The translations under genes were made by a program, and so were the position numbers. The notes under the pieces are model-generated. The model did no database searches. It was not told the DNA's origin and worked only from the letters and a program-made list of their open reading frames with translations. Source: Candidatus Auribacterota bacterium (GTDB lineage: Bacteria; Auribacterota; UBA6266). From it: a stretch of 5,444 nucleotides of DNA. Below, in pieces: positions 5,343 through 5,444 of this stretch (its first letter is position 1; every line of letters starts with the position of its first letter). Location: the NCBI GenBank assembly GCA_023136205.1, contig JAGLRQ010000159.1, positions 1 through 5,444 of the forward strand. Reading direction: 5' to 3'.

Positions 5343-5444
5343 GCTTTTTTTCTCCTCCTATATTTATTATATATTTACCGGACACTCCACACAGCAAATT
5401 AACTATTCTACTCCAAAACAAACTGTTTTAAAATACCTTTCTTC

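Noticed and set aside
5343-5351. A7 homopolymer between the SD and the ATG of the EIIA-fusion gene (and similar A/T7 runs at 4566-4575 and 3081-3088), considered as phase-variation tracts
   Set aside because: Seven-nucleotide A/T runs are expected at this frequency in such AT-rich DNA and are shorter than typical contingency-locus tracts. A single sequence gives no evidence of length variation.
5343-5400. Promoter for the EIIA-fusion gene (TATAAT at 5371..5366; TTGCTG at 5397..5392), and a sigma-54 site
   Set aside because: The spacing between TTGCTG and TATAAT is 20 nt. It becomes 18 nt only with the weaker TATATA as the -10, and the hexamer at 17 nt is CTGTGT. No GG-N10-GC element is present. 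This is too weak to call, and the gene may be co-transcribed with an upstream gene outside the window.
5403-5444. Possible 3' end of another minus-strand gene (open frames ending at TAG 5405..5403 or TAG 5410..5408), and a small AAAACA-GTT-TGTTTT hairpin at 5415..5429
   Set aside because: Only 11-13 codons are visible, and two frames are equally open, so no product can be inferred. The hairpin is a 6-bp all-A/T/C stem with no following U-tract, so it is not a credible terminator.
1-5444. Scan for CRISPR repeats, IS or transposon ends, integrase or recombinase genes, tRNA or rRNA genes, and compositional islands
   Set aside because: Apart from the 11-bp tandem repeat I found no repeated spacer-repeat structure and no long terminal inverted repeats. 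There are no cloverleaf-like or rRNA-like segments. Composition and codon style look uniform across the window by eye.

Overview
AT-rich prokaryotic window; the taxon cannot be determined from sequence alone, though the gene content suggests an anaerobe. All six genes I can support lie on the minus strand, so transcription runs right to left. (1) 4563-5342 encodes a 259-aa protein that joins an N-terminal PtsN-like PTS EIIA type-2 domain to a short charged helical segment and a C-terminal C4 zinc ribbon of the HP0958/DUF164 type. This is the most unusual item in the window. (2) 2965-4464 encodes a 499-aa B12-binding-domain radical SAM enzyme with a DUF4070-like C-terminal extension, function unknown, apparently with its own sigma70-like promoter. 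(3-6) A tightly packed Fe-S biogenesis and tRNA thiolation operon follows: a three-cysteine IscR-like Rrf2 regulator (2382-2816), cysteine desulfurase NifS (1216-2385), the NifU/IscU scaffold (827-1216) and MnmA (1-830, truncated by the left edge and absent from the ORF track). Each junction in this operon has overlapping stop and start codons. A roughly 34-bp imperfect palindrome overlaps the predicted promoter of the Rrf2 gene and is a plausible autoregulatory operator. I found no tRNA or rRNA genes, CRISPR arrays, transposase or integrase genes, or convincing intrinsic terminators. All family assignments come from motif recognition by eye, not from database searches.
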